DNA from: Pseudodesulfovibrio mercurii | GTDB taxonomy: Bacteria; Desulfobacterota; Desulfovibrionia; Desulfovibrionales; Desulfovibrionaceae | DNA: 32,000 bases | Assembly (NCBI RefSeq): GCF_000189295.2 | Contig: NC_016803.1 | Coordinates: forward strand, 930,001 to 962,000 | Direction: 5' to 3' | Shown here: positions 1 through 9,412 of the stretch, piece by piece | Layout: each line of letters begins with the position of its first letter | How positions within the stretch are numbered: the first letter of the stretch is position 1 | Made by a program: the position numbers and the translations under genes | The notes under the pieces: generated by a model | Told to the model about the DNA's origin: nothing | Seen by the model: only the letters and a program-made list of their open reading frames with translations | The model's database searches: none

Positions 1-135
1 CACTGGGAATGCCAGAGCTGCCACAGCCTCTACGTGGCCTCGGGCGAGGCCGACAAGCCCGCGCCCAAGAAGCCGCGCATGCGCTCCGCCATGGAAAAGA
101 GCGTGCCCCTGTTCCTGGAACAGGAAATGGGCTGA
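1..135 (+). CDS. 3' end of an unidentified gene (C-terminal 44 codons, contains a CxxC pair)
   Basis: Frame 1 is open from the window edge to TGA at 133-135 and reads HWECQSCHSLYVASGEADKPAPKKPRMRSAMEKSVPLFLEQEMG. A strong hairpin terminator follows. Too short to assign a family. Confidence 0.4.
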   Translation, partial: HWECQSCHSLYVASGEADKPAPKKPRMRSAMEKSVPLFLEQEMG

Positions 136-154
136 TCCGGCCCCGCCACGCGAG

Positions 155-194
155 AAAAGCCCCCGCACGGAACGCCGTGCGGGGGCTTTTTCTT
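155..194. terminator. Rho-independent terminator, probably bidirectional
   Basis: 12-bp GC stem gcccccgcacgg (159-170), loop aacg, ccgtgcgggggc (175-186), then a T-run at 187-194. An A-run precedes it, so it also reads as a terminator for the minus-strand gene ending at 266. Confidence 0.65.
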
Positions 195-265
195 GACGTT
201 GATTTTCCGATGGGCGGAATCGAATCCCGAAGGCCGCTTTGCGGAGAAAGAACGCAGGGACCGGC

Positions 266-1705
266 CTAGAGGAACTTGGTCCCGAACAGGGTGGCCCTCC
301 GGGTCCAGAGTTCGGTCATGCCGTCGTAGTCGAACTTGACCATGCCCCAGGCCAGGTCGTCCACGTTCATGCCCGGCAGATAGACCGCCACGAGCACGTT
401 CTTGGTCACCCGGCGATGGTCCTTCCACAGGCTGGCGGCAAAGTCCTGAAGGGCCGCGCGGTCGGGCAGCTTGGTGGTGGACAGGAAGACCTTGAGCACG
501 ATCCAGACCTGACCATACTCGCGGGTCTCGGACTGTTCCAGGAGCTTGTAGCGGTAGCCGTGGGCGGTCTGGTCCGGGGTCGGATCGGGCCGTTTGACGT
601 CCTGGAAGGCGGACCGGTCGATGACCAGGGTCTGCTGCTTTCCGGATTCGGGCGCGGTCCGGGGCTCATAGGCCGGTTCCGGCGCGGTCCGGGGCTCGGA
701 CTTCGTGGCCTCGGCCTTGATGGCGGCGGCCGAAAGCTCGGGTGCCTCCACCTTGGTGGGCCGGGCGGGTTCGGCGGGTTTCGCCGGGGCCTCGGCCCGG
801 ACGGACGCGGCCTGGGGCGTCACCGGCGCGACCACCACGCCCGCCTCGCGCGAATTGGCGTCCATGGCCGAGCGCAGGGAGTAGCCCAGGGAACTGCTCT
901 CCGAGCGGATCATGTCGCTGGCCTTGAAGACCGCGTACCAGCCGTTGGCGAGCAGGCCGAGCTGAACCACGTCGCCGGGCCGCAGGGTCCTGACCAGGGG
1001 CGAATTGGTGGTCCGGCTCTGGTACACGTTGACCTCGTTGGTCAGGGCCACCCGCTGGATGGCCGTGGACTGCTGTTCGGGCGCGGCTTCGGCCCGGACC
1101 GGCGCGGCGGGCGCGGCGGCCGGAGCCGGGGCCGGGGCTGCGGCGGCGACCGGAGCCGGGGCTGCGGTGCGCTCCCCTGCCGGGACCGGCTCCAGGTACT
1201 TGGTGCTGCAATAGCCGATGCCGTTCATCTTGGAACGGATGGTCGCCTCGGCCGAAAAGACCATGGTCCAGTCGTCCTCGGGAAAATCGATGAGCACGGG
1301 CTCCCCGGCCTCCAGGGTGCGGACCTTGGTCCCCCGGACGTTCGGCTCGGAGCGGATGTTCAGCTTGGTGGACGAGCGGACCAGCTCACCCCACGGCTTG
1401 GGCTCGTAACGGTCCCGTGTGGACGTGAGGAACTTGGCGTTGGAGTAGCCGGCGGCCTTGGCCTCGCTCGGGTCCGTGGCGGCGGGCTCGTAGATGGCCA
1501 CCCAGCCGTCCTTTTCGTGGGCCACCCGGACCTTCTGTCCGGCGTACAGGCTGCCTATCCACTCGGCCTTGGGCGAACGGCCGTCGCGCAGGTTGAGCGG
1601 ACGGTCCGTGTACATGATCCTGCCGAAGGCGAAGGCGGAGGAAGCGGCCAGGACCAGGGCCAGGGCCGCGACGAGAGTCAGGGAAAGTCTGCGCATGATC
1701 GTCAC
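266..1705 (-). CDS. Secreted protein with three bacterial SH3 (SH3b)-like modules, Ala/Pro-rich linkers and an unassigned C-terminal domain
   Basis: Signal peptide MTIMRRLSLTLVAALALVLAASSAFA. Three SH3b-like stretches: LNLRDGRS..GQKVRV..DGWVAIY, LNIRSEPN..GEPVLI..DDWTMVF and VNVYQSRT..GDVVQL..NGWYAVF. Linkers include [22 protein letters not shown]. The last ~130 aa show no motif I recognise. Confidence 0.75.
   Translation of the reverse strand: MTIMRRLSLTLVAALALVLAASSAFAFGRIMYTDRPLNLRDGRSPKAEWIGSLYAGQKVRVAHEKDGWVAIYEPAATDPSEAKAAGYSNAKFLTSTRDRYEPKPWGELVRSSTKLNIRSEPNVRGTKVRTLEAGEPVLIDFPEDDWTMVFSAEATIRSKMNGIGYCSTKYLEPVPAGERTAAPAPVAAAAPAPAPAAAPAAPVRAEAAPEQQSTAIQRVALTNEVNVYQSRTTNSPLVRTLRPGDVVQLGLLANGWYAVFKASDMIRSESSSLGYSLRSAMDANSREAGVVVAPVTPQAASVRAEAPAKPAEPARPTKVEAPELSAAAIKAEATKSEPRTAPEPAYEPRTAPESGKQQTLVIDRSAFQDVKRPDPTPDQTAHGYRYKLLEQSETREYGQVWIVLKVFLSTTKLPDRAALQDFAASLWKDHRRVTKNVLVAVYLPGMNVDDLAWGMVKFDYDGMTELWTRRATLFGTKFL
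645..704 (-). repeat. Imperfect 30-bp tandem duplication inside the SH3b gene
   Basis: The 17-nt core ggcgcggtccggggctc occurs at 651-667 and again at 681-697 (period 30, about 22/30 identity over the full unit). It encodes EPRTAPEPAY / EPRTAPESGK. Confidence 0.6.
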
Positions 1706-1708
1706 CCC

Positions 1709-2218
1709 CTACTTCATGGAGTTGAGTTCACGGATGACCCGGTCCGTGATGTCCATGTTGCCGTCCACGTAACCGATGATCTCCGGGTCGGTCAGGATCA
1801 TGGTGAACCCCTGCTCTCGGGCGATCTCCCTGAGGATGGAGTCGGCCCGGCGCATGACGAAGCGGATCAGGCGGCGTTCCTCGTCCTGAATCTCCTGGTT
1901 GCTGTTCTGGACCAGCTGCTCGTAGCCGCGCACGGCCAGGCGCAGCTCGTTCTCGCGGCTCTGCTGTTCGCTCACGGACAGGGCGTCCTCCTTGAGGCCC
2001 TCCTGCAACTTGTTGACCTTGTCCAGGGCCCCGCGAACGCGGCGGTCCTTTTCCTTGCCCAGTCCGGCCAAGTCCTCCTGGGCGATCTTGCCGATCCTGG
2101 ACTCGTTGATGATCCGCTGCGGGTTGACGAACCCGACCTTCGAAGGTTGGGCCGAAGCCGAAACCGCAGGCAGGAGCAGGACGGCGCACAGCCACAGGCA
2201 CAGGGAAAAACGCTTCAT
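1709..2218 (-). CDS. skp: Periplasmic chaperone, OmpH/Skp family
   Basis: Signal peptide MKRFSLCLWLCAVLLLPAVSASA, then KVGFVNPQRIINESRIGKIAQEDL and a long charged coiled-coil region. Size is 169 aa. All are typical of Skp. Confidence 0.8.
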   Translation of the reverse strand: MKRFSLCLWLCAVLLLPAVSASAQPSKVGFVNPQRIINESRIGKIAQEDLAGLGKEKDRRVRGALDKVNKLQEGLKEDALSVSEQQSRENELRLAVRGYEQLVQNSNQEIQDEERRLIRFVMRRADSILREIAREQGFTMILTDPEIIGYVDGNMDITDRVIRELNSMK

Positions 2219-2285
2219 AGGGGGTGATTACCTCATTGTTGCAAAGTGGGGCCAGCCTAGCCGACAACCCGGCCCCTGTCGATAC

Positions 2286-4667
2286 CTACAGGGTGGACAG
2301 GGGGTCGAGGTCCAGGCCGGTGCGGACCGTGCGCGGGTCGGGGTTGGCCCGGACCATGGCCGCGTACAGCCCCCGGACCTTGCCCCAGTCGTCGGACTTG
2401 AGCAGGCAGTTGAACCGCCTGCGCCCGCGCAGCATGGCCAGAGGCGCGGGGGCCGGGCCGAGCACGTCCACCTGAAGCGCCCTGCCCTGCTCGCGCAGGA
2501 CCTGGCCCAGGAGGTTGACCGCTGCCTGGCCGTTCTCGAAGTCCGCGGGAAAGCTGATGCGCACCAGGGCCAGATGCGAGAACGGCGGGTAGCGGAACAG
2601 GGTCCGCCGGGATATCTCGCGGTCGAAGAATCCCCGGTAGTCGCCGCCCAGGACCTCCTTCCAGATGGGGTGGTCCGGGTTGCGCGTCTGGATAAGCACC
2701 CGGCCCGGCCGGTCGCCGCGCCCGGCCCTGCCCGCCACCTGGACGAGCAGCTGGAAGGTCCGCTCCGAGGAACGGTAGTCCGGCAGGTTCAGGCCGAGGT
2801 CGCCGTCGGCCACGACCACCAGGGTCACGCCGGGGAAATGGTGCCCCTTGGAGATCATCTGGGTGCCCACCAGGACCTGGGCCTCGCCCCGCCCGAAGGC
2901 CCCGAGAATCTCCTCCAGCCGCTCCTGCTGCCGAGTGGAGTCGCGGTCCAGGCGCAGGACCCCGGTGTTCTCGGGCAACAGTTCGGCCAGGGTCTCCTCC
3001 AGCTGTTCCGTGCCCTCGCCCATGGGGATGAAATGCGCGCCGCCGCACTTGCGGCAGGTCAGGGGCCAGCCGTAGGTCCGGCCGCAGTAGTGGCAGACAA
3101 GTCGCTCGCGCCCCTTGTGGTAGGTCATGCCCACCTCGCAGTCCGGGCAGCGCACGGTCTCGCCGCAGTCCAGGCAGTACATGAGCGGGGCGTAGCCGCG
3201 CCGGTTGAGCATGACGATGACCTGCTCCCCGGCCTCGACGGTCTCGCGGACCGCCTCGCGCACTTTGGGCGACAGGAGCTGCCCGGAACCGCCGATGTCG
3301 GCGATGTTGACCAGCTCCACCTCGGGCAAGCGGCTGTCGCCCACCCGCTCCTTCAGCGTGGACACCCGGATGCGCCCGGTGACCGCCGCCTGGAAGGTCT
3401 TGACGTCGGGCGTGGCCGAACCGAGCAGGAGCAGCCCCTTGTTGCGGCCGGTGCGGAACCAGGCCACCTCCTTGGCGTGGTAGGCCAGCCGGTCCTCCTG
3501 CTTGAAGGACTCGTCGTGCTCCTCGTCCATGACCACCATGCCCAGGTCGGGCAGGGGCAGGAACACGGCGGACCGGGTGCCGACCACCAGGACCGGGTCA
3601 TGGCCTCCGGCCAGCTCGCGGAAGGCGGCCTCGCGCTTCTTCGGGCTCTGGTAGCCGTGGTAGAAAATCGTCCGGTACTGCGGAAACCGCCGGGCCACGG
3701 TGCGGTAGAGCTGGCAGGCCAGGGCCACCTCGGGCGCGAGGAAGAGCACGGACCGCCCCCGTTCCAGGAGCCGCCGGGCCATCTCCATGTAAAGCACGGT
3801 CTTGCCGCTGCCGGTCACGCCGTGGACCAGGTGCGCGCCGCCGCCCCGCTCCATGGTCTCGGTCATCTCGTCCAGGGCGGTCCGCTGCTCCGGGGTCAGG
3901 GTGAAGGCGCAGCCGGGATCATCCCCTTGGCTCCCGCCCTCTCCGCCCCGGCCCGCGCCGTCGATCTCGGCCAGATGATCGGCGGTCAGCTCGCCCATGC
4001 GGACCACGCCCGCGCCCTCCAGCCGGGCGGCCGTGTCCGGGGCCCAGTCGCCCAGGGAATGGCGCAGGGCATAGAGGGACTGCGGGCCGTTCTCCATGAG
4101 ATATTCGAGCAGCCTGAGCTGCCGCTTGGCGTTGGGCCGCACGGCCCACGGCGGGTCGGAGAGGAGGGACACGAAGCGTTCCTCGGCCTCCTTCCGGGCG
4201 TTGACGCGCACGCGCATGCGCCCGTCGAGCCACAGGGCCAGGAGGGCCTCCCGATCCCTGTCCCCGGCCCGGACGATGTCCGGCGGACGCAGGGAGCCGG
4301 GCAGGTCGCGGCCGGTCATGTGCCGGTCCACCTTGAAGGTCACGGCCGCCGTGCGCAGCCCGCGCGGCAGGGCTATCTCCAGAATGCGGCCCACGTGGAC
4401 CATCTGCCGGGCGGCCAGGTTCACGGCCATGTCCACGAAATCCTTGTCCAGCAGCGGCGCGGGCTCCAACGGCCAGATCATGTTCCGAATCTCCACGCCC
4501 TCGGGCGCGGACTCGGCCGGACCGACCACCACGCCCGCCCGGTGGGACTTGCCGAAGGGGATGACCACCCGCTGCCCCGGAGCCAGGGGCGGGAAATGGG
4601 AAGGGAGCCCGTAGGTCCACGTCGCATAGGGCGGACTGACGAGCGTTACCTGCCAGAGATCGGCCAT
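2286..4667 (-). CDS. priA: Primosomal protein N' (replication restart helicase PriA)
   Basis: Walker A GVTGSGKT and a DEEH box (VVMDEEHD). Zinc-binding Cys cluster CLDCGETVRCPDCEVGMTYHKGRERLVCHYCG...CRKCG. I place the start at ATG 4665-4667 (MADLWQVTLVSPPY), a typical PriA N-terminus. The track start at 4790 would overlap the upstream gene by 116 nt. Confidence 0.9.
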   Translation of the reverse strand: MADLWQVTLVSPPYATWTYGLPSHFPPLAPGQRVVIPFGKSHRAGVVVGPAESAPEGVEIRNMIWPLEPAPLLDKDFVDMAVNLAARQMVHVGRILEIALPRGLRTAAVTFKVDRHMTGRDLPGSLRPPDIVRAGDRDREALLALWLDGRMRVRVNARKEAEERFVSLLSDPPWAVRPNAKRQLRLLEYLMENGPQSLYALRHSLGDWAPDTAARLEGAGVVRMGELTADHLAEIDGAGRGGEGGSQGDDPGCAFTLTPEQRTALDEMTETMERGGGAHLVHGVTGSGKTVLYMEMARRLLERGRSVLFLAPEVALACQLYRTVARRFPQYRTIFYHGYQSPKKREAAFRELAGGHDPVLVVGTRSAVFLPLPDLGMVVMDEEHDESFKQEDRLAYHAKEVAWFRTGRNKGLLLLGSATPDVKTFQAAVTGRIRVSTLKERVGDSRLPEVELVNIADIGGSGQLLSPKVREAVRETVEAGEQVIVMLNRRGYAPLMYCLDCGETVRCPDCEVGMTYHKGRERLVCHYCGRTYGWPLTCRKCGGAHFIPMGEGTEQLEETLAELLPENTGVLRLDRDSTRQQERLEEILGAFGRGEAQVLVGTQMISKGHHFPGVTLVVVADGDLGLNLPDYRSSERTFQLLVQVAGRAGRGDRPGRVLIQTRNPDHPIWKEVLGGDYRGFFDREISRRTLFRYPPFSHLALVRISFPADFENGQAAVNLLGQVLREQGRALQVDVLGPAPAPLAMLRGRRRFNCLLKSDDWGKVRGLYAAMVRANPDPRTVRTGLDLDPLSTL

Positions 4668-4674
4668 GACGGGA

Positions 4675-5400
4675 TTACTTGGTCCCTGGATAGCGGAAGG
4701 CGTCGCGCAGAAAACCGAAGGGCTCGGCCGGTTCCACGCACGGCGCGGGATCGAGCCCCTCGCGGGCGTAGAGCTCTTCGCCGCCCGCATTGTTCAGCCG
4801 GACCCACTGCACGTCGGCGGCCAGTTCGCCCCGGTCCGTGCGCACGGTCACCCGGCCCGGCACGCGGTAGCCCGCAAAGGTCCGGTAGTCGGCGAACTCC
4901 ACGGAGATCATGCCCGCGGCGGAAGAATAGCGGACCAGGAGCGGGGCCAGGTCCTCGTTGTTCAGATAGACCGTGGGCCGGGCCGCGTCGGCCGGATTCG
5001 CGCCGAGCATGAGGCACGGGTCCTCGCCGCAGAAGCCATAGTCGCCCGCGGTCACGTCCACGCCCCAGGCCTGCCAGGCCTTGACCGGATGGGGAACCAT
5101 CCAGACGAACAGGGGCGACAGGGGGAAGGGACCGGGGGTGCACGCCCCGACCACGTTGCCCAGCGACCCCACGGCCACGGCCTTGCCGTCCGCCCGCCAC
5201 TCCTGCCGCCAGCGGCCGCCCGCGTACCACAGGTCCACGGCCACGCCCGGATGGTCCGGGAAGGTCATGGTGGCCTGCCACGAACGCATGGGGCCGTAGT
5301 GCTTTTGCAGGCGCGCGGCCAGTTCCTCGCCGTCGGGCACGAAGGCGTGGGCGGGCAGCGCGGTCAGACACAGGAGCAGTAATGTCAGCAGGGTCTTCAT
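4675..5400 (-). CDS. Secreted hypothetical protein, possibly LolA-like fold
   Basis: Signal peptide MKTLLTLLLLCLTALPAHA. The N-terminal segment LAARLQKHYGPMRSWQATMTF resembles the start of LolA/LolA-like proteins. Size is 241 aa. Function is not established. Confidence 0.6.
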   Translation of the reverse strand: MKTLLTLLLLCLTALPAHAFVPDGEELAARLQKHYGPMRSWQATMTFPDHPGVAVDLWYAGGRWRQEWRADGKAVAVGSLGNVVGACTPGPFPLSPLFVWMVPHPVKAWQAWGVDVTAGDYGFCGEDPCLMLGANPADAARPTVYLNNEDLAPLLVRYSSAAGMISVEFADYRTFAGYRVPGRVTVRTDRGELAADVQWVRLNNAGGEELYAREGLDPAPCVEPAEPFGFLRDAFRYPGTK

Positions 5401-5422
5401 GGTCTCTCTGATTCCGGTTCGG

Positions 5423-5452
5423 AACGGCGGGCGCGCCGGGCGCCCGCCGGTT
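5423..5452 (-). terminator. GC-rich hairpin downstream of galU (possible terminator or attenuator, no clear U-tract)
   Basis: 12-bp stem with one bulge: aacggcgggcgc (5423-5434) pairs with gcgcccgccggtt (5440-5452) around a 5-nt loop. It lies between the galU stop (5462) and the next start (5400). It lacks a T-run, so it may not terminate efficiently. Confidence 0.35.
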
Positions 5453-5461
5453 CAATACGCA

Positions 5462-6337
5462 TTAGGTCGAGGAGCAGGACAACAGTTCCCGCAGCCGCTT
5501 GACGAGATCGTCGCGCAGTTCCTCGTCCTGCAGGGCGAAGTAGATGTTGGCCGTGAGATATTCCACCCAGTCGCCCGCGTCAAACCGCTGGCCACCCAGC
5601 CGGACCGCCAGGAGCTTGTCCCGGTCGGCCAGCCCCTGAAGGGCGTCGGTCAGCTGAATCTCGCCGCCCACGCCCGCGCGCTGGCCCTCGAGGATGTCGA
5701 ATATCTCGGGCAGCAGGACGTAGCGGCCGATGATGGCCAGGTTGGACGGGGCCTTCTCGGGCGCGGGTTTTTCCACCAGGCTGGTCACGCGGTAGGTGTG
5801 CGAGTCGATGGCCTCGCCCTGGATCACGCCGTAGCGGCTGACCTTGGCCTTGGGCACCTCGATGACGCCGATGACGGCCTTGCCGGTCTCCTTGGCGGTC
5901 TTGATCAGCTCGCCGATGCCGGTCTGCACGCCGAACATGAGGTCATCGCCGAGCATGACCGCGAAGGGCTGGTCCTGACAGACCTCGCGGGCGGTCAGCA
6001 CCGCGTGTCCCAGGCCGAGCTGCTGTTTCTGGCGCACGCCGATGACGTTGACCAGGCTGGCCACGCGGCGGACCTCCTCGAGCATGGCGGTCTTGCCCGC
6101 GCGCTCCAGGAGCTGCTCCAGGAGGAAGTTGCGGTCGAAGTGGTCCTCGATGATGGTCTTGTTCTGGTTGGTGATGAAGACCACGTCCTTCAGGCCCGCG
6201 CTGATGCCCTCCTCCACTATGTACTGCACGATGGGCTTGCGGAAGATCGGCAGCATCTCCTTGGGGACGTTCTTAGTGGCCGGGAGTGAACGGGTGCCCC
6301 AGCCAGCGACCGGGATGACGGCTTTGGTGATATCCAT
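5462..6337 (-). CDS. galU: UTP--glucose-1-phosphate uridylyltransferase
   Basis: N-terminal signature AVIPVAGWGTRSLPATKNVPKEMLPI, size 291 aa, and SD GGAGGA 4 nt upstream of the ATG. Confidence 0.9.
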   Translation of the reverse strand: MDITKAVIPVAGWGTRSLPATKNVPKEMLPIFRKPIVQYIVEEGISAGLKDVVFITNQNKTIIEDHFDRNFLLEQLLERAGKTAMLEEVRRVASLVNVIGVRQKQQLGLGHAVLTAREVCQDQPFAVMLGDDLMFGVQTGIGELIKTAKETGKAVIGVIEVPKAKVSRYGVIQGEAIDSHTYRVTSLVEKPAPEKAPSNLAIIGRYVLLPEIFDILEGQRAGVGGEIQLTDALQGLADRDKLLAVRLGGQRFDAGDWVEYLTANIYFALQDEELRDDLVKRLRELLSCSST

Positions 6338-6362
6338 GGGATCCTCCGCTGTGGAAGTTGAA

Positions 6363-7715
6363 CTACTTCAAGTGCTTCTCGCACGCCTCAACAATGTCGC
6401 CCGTCAATTTCTCCACCAGCTCCGGGTCCTGGCCCTCGACCATGACGCGGCAGACCGCCTCGGTGCCGGAGTAGCGCAGGAGCACTCGGCCCTTGCCCTT
6501 GAGGGCGGCCTCCACCCGGCGCACGGCCTCCTGGACCTCGGGGGCCTGGTCAAAGGGAACCTTGCGCTTGACGTGGACGTTCCGGAGCACCTGGGGGAAG
6601 GGTTCGAGCAGCCCGGCCAGTTCAGACAGGGGCCGCTCCCGCTCGCGCATGATGCGCAGAAGTTGCAGCGCGGCCAGGAGCCCGTCGCCCGTGGTGGCAT
6701 GGTCCATGAAAATGAGATGCCCGGACTGCTCGCCGCCCAGGGTCGCCCCCTCGCGGCGCATGGCCTCGACCACGTAGCGGTCGCCCACGTCCGTGCGCAA
6801 GAGCCGCCCGCCGTGCTCGGTCATGAACAGTTCGAGCGCCATGTTGGACATGACCGTGGCCACGAGCATGTTCCCGGGCAGCCGGTCCTTCTCCATGAGC
6901 TCCAGGGCGCACAGGGCCATGATCTGGTCGCCGTCCAGGATGCGGCCGTTCTCGTCGCAGACGATGAGTCGGTCCGCGTCGCCGTCCAGGGCGATGCCCA
7001 GGTCCGCGCCCTCCTCCACGACCATCCTGGCGATGACCTCGGGATAGAGGGAGCCGCATTTCCGGTTGATGTTCAGGCCGTCCGGGTTCACACCGACCTT
7101 GACCACCTCGGCCCCCAGCTCCTCGAGCACGTCCGGGGCCACGCCGTAGGCCGCGCCGTGGGCGCAGTCGAGCACGATCTTGAGCCCGTCCAGGGTCAGG
7201 TGCGGGGAAAAGCTGTTCTTCAGGTAGACGATGTACCGGCCGCGCGCGTCGGCGATCCGATGGGCGCGGCCCACGTCCTCGGCCGGGGGATAGTCCCACT
7301 TGGTGTCCTGGCCCAGGACCAGCTCGCTGATCTCGTCCTCGACCTCGTCGGGCAGCTTGAAGCCGTTGCGGTCGAAGAACTTGATGCCGTTGTCCATAAA
7401 CGGGTTGTGCGAGGCGGAGATGACCACGCCGAGATCGGCGCGCATGTTCCGGGTCAGAAAGGAGATGGCCGGGGTGGGCATGGGGCCGACCAGGAAGACG
7501 TCCATGCCGTTGGCGCACAGGCCGCTGGTCAGGGCGGTCTCGAAGACGTAGCCGGACAGCCGGGTGTCCTTGCCGATGACCACCCGGTGATGCTTGTCGC
7601 CGTTGCGGAAGTACTGCCCCGCCGCCAGGCCGAGCCTGAGGGCGATCTCGGGGGTCATGGGGAAGATGTTCCCCTGCCCCCGCAGGCCGTCGGTTCCGAA
7701 AAGCCTCTGTTTCAT
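6363..7715 (-). CDS. glmM: Phosphoglucosamine mutase
   Basis: N-terminus [12 protein letters not shown] and phosphoserine loop [18 protein letters not shown] at 7713-7715 is preceded by GGAG with a 6-nt spacer. The track start at 7727 is a TTG with no SD. Confidence 0.9.
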   Translation of the reverse strand: MKQRLFGTDGLRGQGNIFPMTPEIALRLGLAAGQYFRNGDKHHRVVIGKDTRLSGYVFETALTSGLCANGMDVFLVGPMPTPAISFLTRNMRADLGVVISASHNPFMDNGIKFFDRNGFKLPDEVEDEISELVLGQDTKWDYPPAEDVGRAHRIADARGRYIVYLKNSFSPHLTLDGLKIVLDCAHGAAYGVAPDVLEELGAEVVKVGVNPDGLNINRKCGSLYPEVIARMVVEEGADLGIALDGDADRLIVCDENGRILDGDQIMALCALELMEKDRLPGNMLVATVMSNMALELFMTEHGGRLLRTDVGDRYVVEAMRREGATLGGEQSGHLIFMDHATTGDGLLAALQLLRIMRERERPLSELAGLLEPFPQVLRNVHVKRKVPFDQAPEVQEAVRRVEAALKGKGRVLLRYSGTEAVCRVMVEGQDPELVEKLTGDIVEACEKHLK

Positions 7716-7746
7716 GACACGCTCCAACTTGTCGCCCGGCGGGCGG

Positions 7747-8652
7747 CTAATTCTTTTTGATGACGGTGGTGACCGTCTCGGGATTCTTCTTTTCGAGCCT
7801 GCACCCTTCGGGAAGGGTCACCTCGTAGTTCATTTCGAACTCGCCCTCGGCCACCTTGCCGCCGAAGACCACGGAGGCCAGGATGGCCTTCCGGTATTCG
7901 TCGTCGTGGAACAGGAAGACCGGGCCCTGGATGAGCAGGCGCACGTAACGTTGGGAGACCGAGACCTTGTACCCCTCGGGGTCCTGGTACTCGATGGGCA
8001 CCTTGACCCATATCTCGCGGGTCTTGGGCGCGAAGTAGGCCTCCACGTTGACCTGGCCGGGCGAGGCCTCGATCTCGTCGGGGACCTCCAGGGCCACGTC
8101 CTCGGCCCAGGACCGGGGCACGTCCTCGGGGAAGTCGCCCTTGAGGACCACCCGGGTCTTGGAAATCTTTCTGAGCAGGGTCTCGGGCCCCCGGATGGTG
8201 ACCACGTCGGGCGAGGCCGTGACCTCCTGCAACCGGTAGTCGGAATTGAGGTTGCCCGCCCAGGCGGCCTCCACGGTGATCTTCTTGGAGATGCGCCGGT
8301 CCACGGTCAGGCGCAGCCGGTTGGGCCGGACCTCGATGATCTCGTAGGTGGAGGACAGGGGAATCTTGGCCGGGTCGATGTCCACCACCTGCTCGCCGAT
8401 CTTGAGGTTGCTGACGTTGATCGGATAGACCAGGTTCTGGGAGGACAGGTTGCCGACCAGCCCCTTGGGCCCGCGCAGGCGGACCTGAATCTTGTCCACC
8501 AGGCCGTCCTCGATGATCAGCCCCTCGGGCGGGTTGGTCATGACCACGGGCATGTCCACCCACGTCTCGACCACCTCACGGCCGGTGACCAGGAACCAGG
8601 TGAACACGGCCAGGGCTACGGACAGCAGTACGGTTTGCCAGTTCTTGAGCAT
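7747..8652 (-). CDS. cdaR: YbbR-domain protein, CdaR-type regulator of diadenylate cyclase
   Basis: N-terminal TM segment [16 protein letters not shown] followed by repeated YbbR-like modules (e.g. VPINVSNL..., [15 protein letters not shown]..., [11 protein letters not shown]...). It begins 1 nt after the cdaA stop. Confidence 0.8.
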   Translation of the reverse strand: MLKNWQTVLLSVALAVFTWFLVTGREVVETWVDMPVVMTNPPEGLIIEDGLVDKIQVRLRGPKGLVGNLSSQNLVYPINVSNLKIGEQVVDIDPAKIPLSSTYEIIEVRPNRLRLTVDRRISKKITVEAAWAGNLNSDYRLQEVTASPDVVTIRGPETLLRKISKTRVVLKGDFPEDVPRSWAEDVALEVPDEIEASPGQVNVEAYFAPKTREIWVKVPIEYQDPEGYKVSVSQRYVRLLIQGPVFLFHDDEYRKAILASVVFGGKVAEGEFEMNYEVTLPEGCRLEKKNPETVTTVIKKN

Positions 8653-8653
8653 G

Positions 8654-9403
8654 TCAGCGCCCCAAAGCGTTCTTGAGCACGCGCCGCAGGCGCGTCTCGT
8701 CCAGGCTGGTGGTCAGGCGGCCGTTCATGGCCACGGAAACTTCGCCCCGCTCCTCGGAGACCACCACGGTGATGGCGTCCGACCCCTCGGAAATGCCGAG
8801 CGCCGCCCGGTGCCGGGTGCCGTACATGGGCTGGCCGCGCAGCTTGTTGGACAGGGGCAGGATGCAGGCCGCGGCCACGATGCGGTCGCGGCGGACGATG
8901 ATCGCCCCATCGTGCAGGGGCGTGTCGGTGAAAAAGATGGTCTCGATGAGTTCCTTGTTGACCTTGGCGTCCAGCTCGATGCCGCGCTCGATGATGTCGC
9001 CCAGCGGCATGTTCTTCTCGATGACGATGATCGCGCCGGTGGAGGAGTGCGACATGGACATGACCGCCTGGGTCAGCTGGTCCAGGGTGTCGTCGCGCAC
9101 GTTGGACTTGGTCCAGAACCGCTTGGTGCCCACCGAGGCGAGCCCCTTGCGGATGTCGGTCTTGAACAGGATGACCACCACCAGGAACAGGGAGGTCAGG
9201 AACTCGCCGAGGAGCGCGTTCAGGGTGTAGAGGTTGAATTTCTCGGCCACGTAGTAGACCACGAGCACGATGACCAGGCCGTAGAGCACGGCGGCGGCGC
9301 GGGTCCCCCGGACGAGGACGATGATGTTGTAGTAGATGAAGGCCACCAGCCCGATGTCGAGCAGGACCCTCCAGGTGACTTGAATACCGAAAAGCTCAAA
9401 CAT
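8654..9403 (-). CDS. cdaA: Membrane-bound diadenylate cyclase (c-di-AMP synthase), CdaA/DacA type
   Basis: Three N-terminal hydrophobic helices, then a DAC domain with the DGA motif (PLHDGAIIV) and RHR motif (GTRHRAALGIS). Confidence 0.9.
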   Translation of the reverse strand: MFELFGIQVTWRVLLDIGLVAFIYYNIIVLVRGTRAAAVLYGLVIVLVVYYVAEKFNLYTLNALLGEFLTSLFLVVVILFKTDIRKGLASVGTKRFWTKSNVRDDTLDQLTQAVMSMSHSSTGAIIVIEKNMPLGDIIERGIELDAKVNKELIETIFFTDTPLHDGAIIVRRDRIVAAACILPLSNKLRGQPMYGTRHRAALGISEGSDAITVVVSEERGEVSVAMNGRLTTSLDETRLRRVLKNALGR

Positions 9404-9412
9404 GCTCTTTAA

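Noticed and set aside
4668-4790. Upstream extension of priA to the track start at 4790.
   Set aside because: It would overlap the preceding gene by 116 nt and adds an Arg/Ser/Pro-rich peptide. The internal ATG at 4667 yields a canonical PriA N-terminus.
239-5012. Very long plus-strand ORFs (239..2227, 662 aa; 1992..5012, 1006 aa) opposite the SH3b, skp and priA genes.
   Set aside because: Their products are Gly/Arg/Pro/Ala/His-rich with no recognisable motifs. They lie antisense to genes with clear family signatures. This is the typical stop-codon-poor antisense frame of GC-rich DNA.
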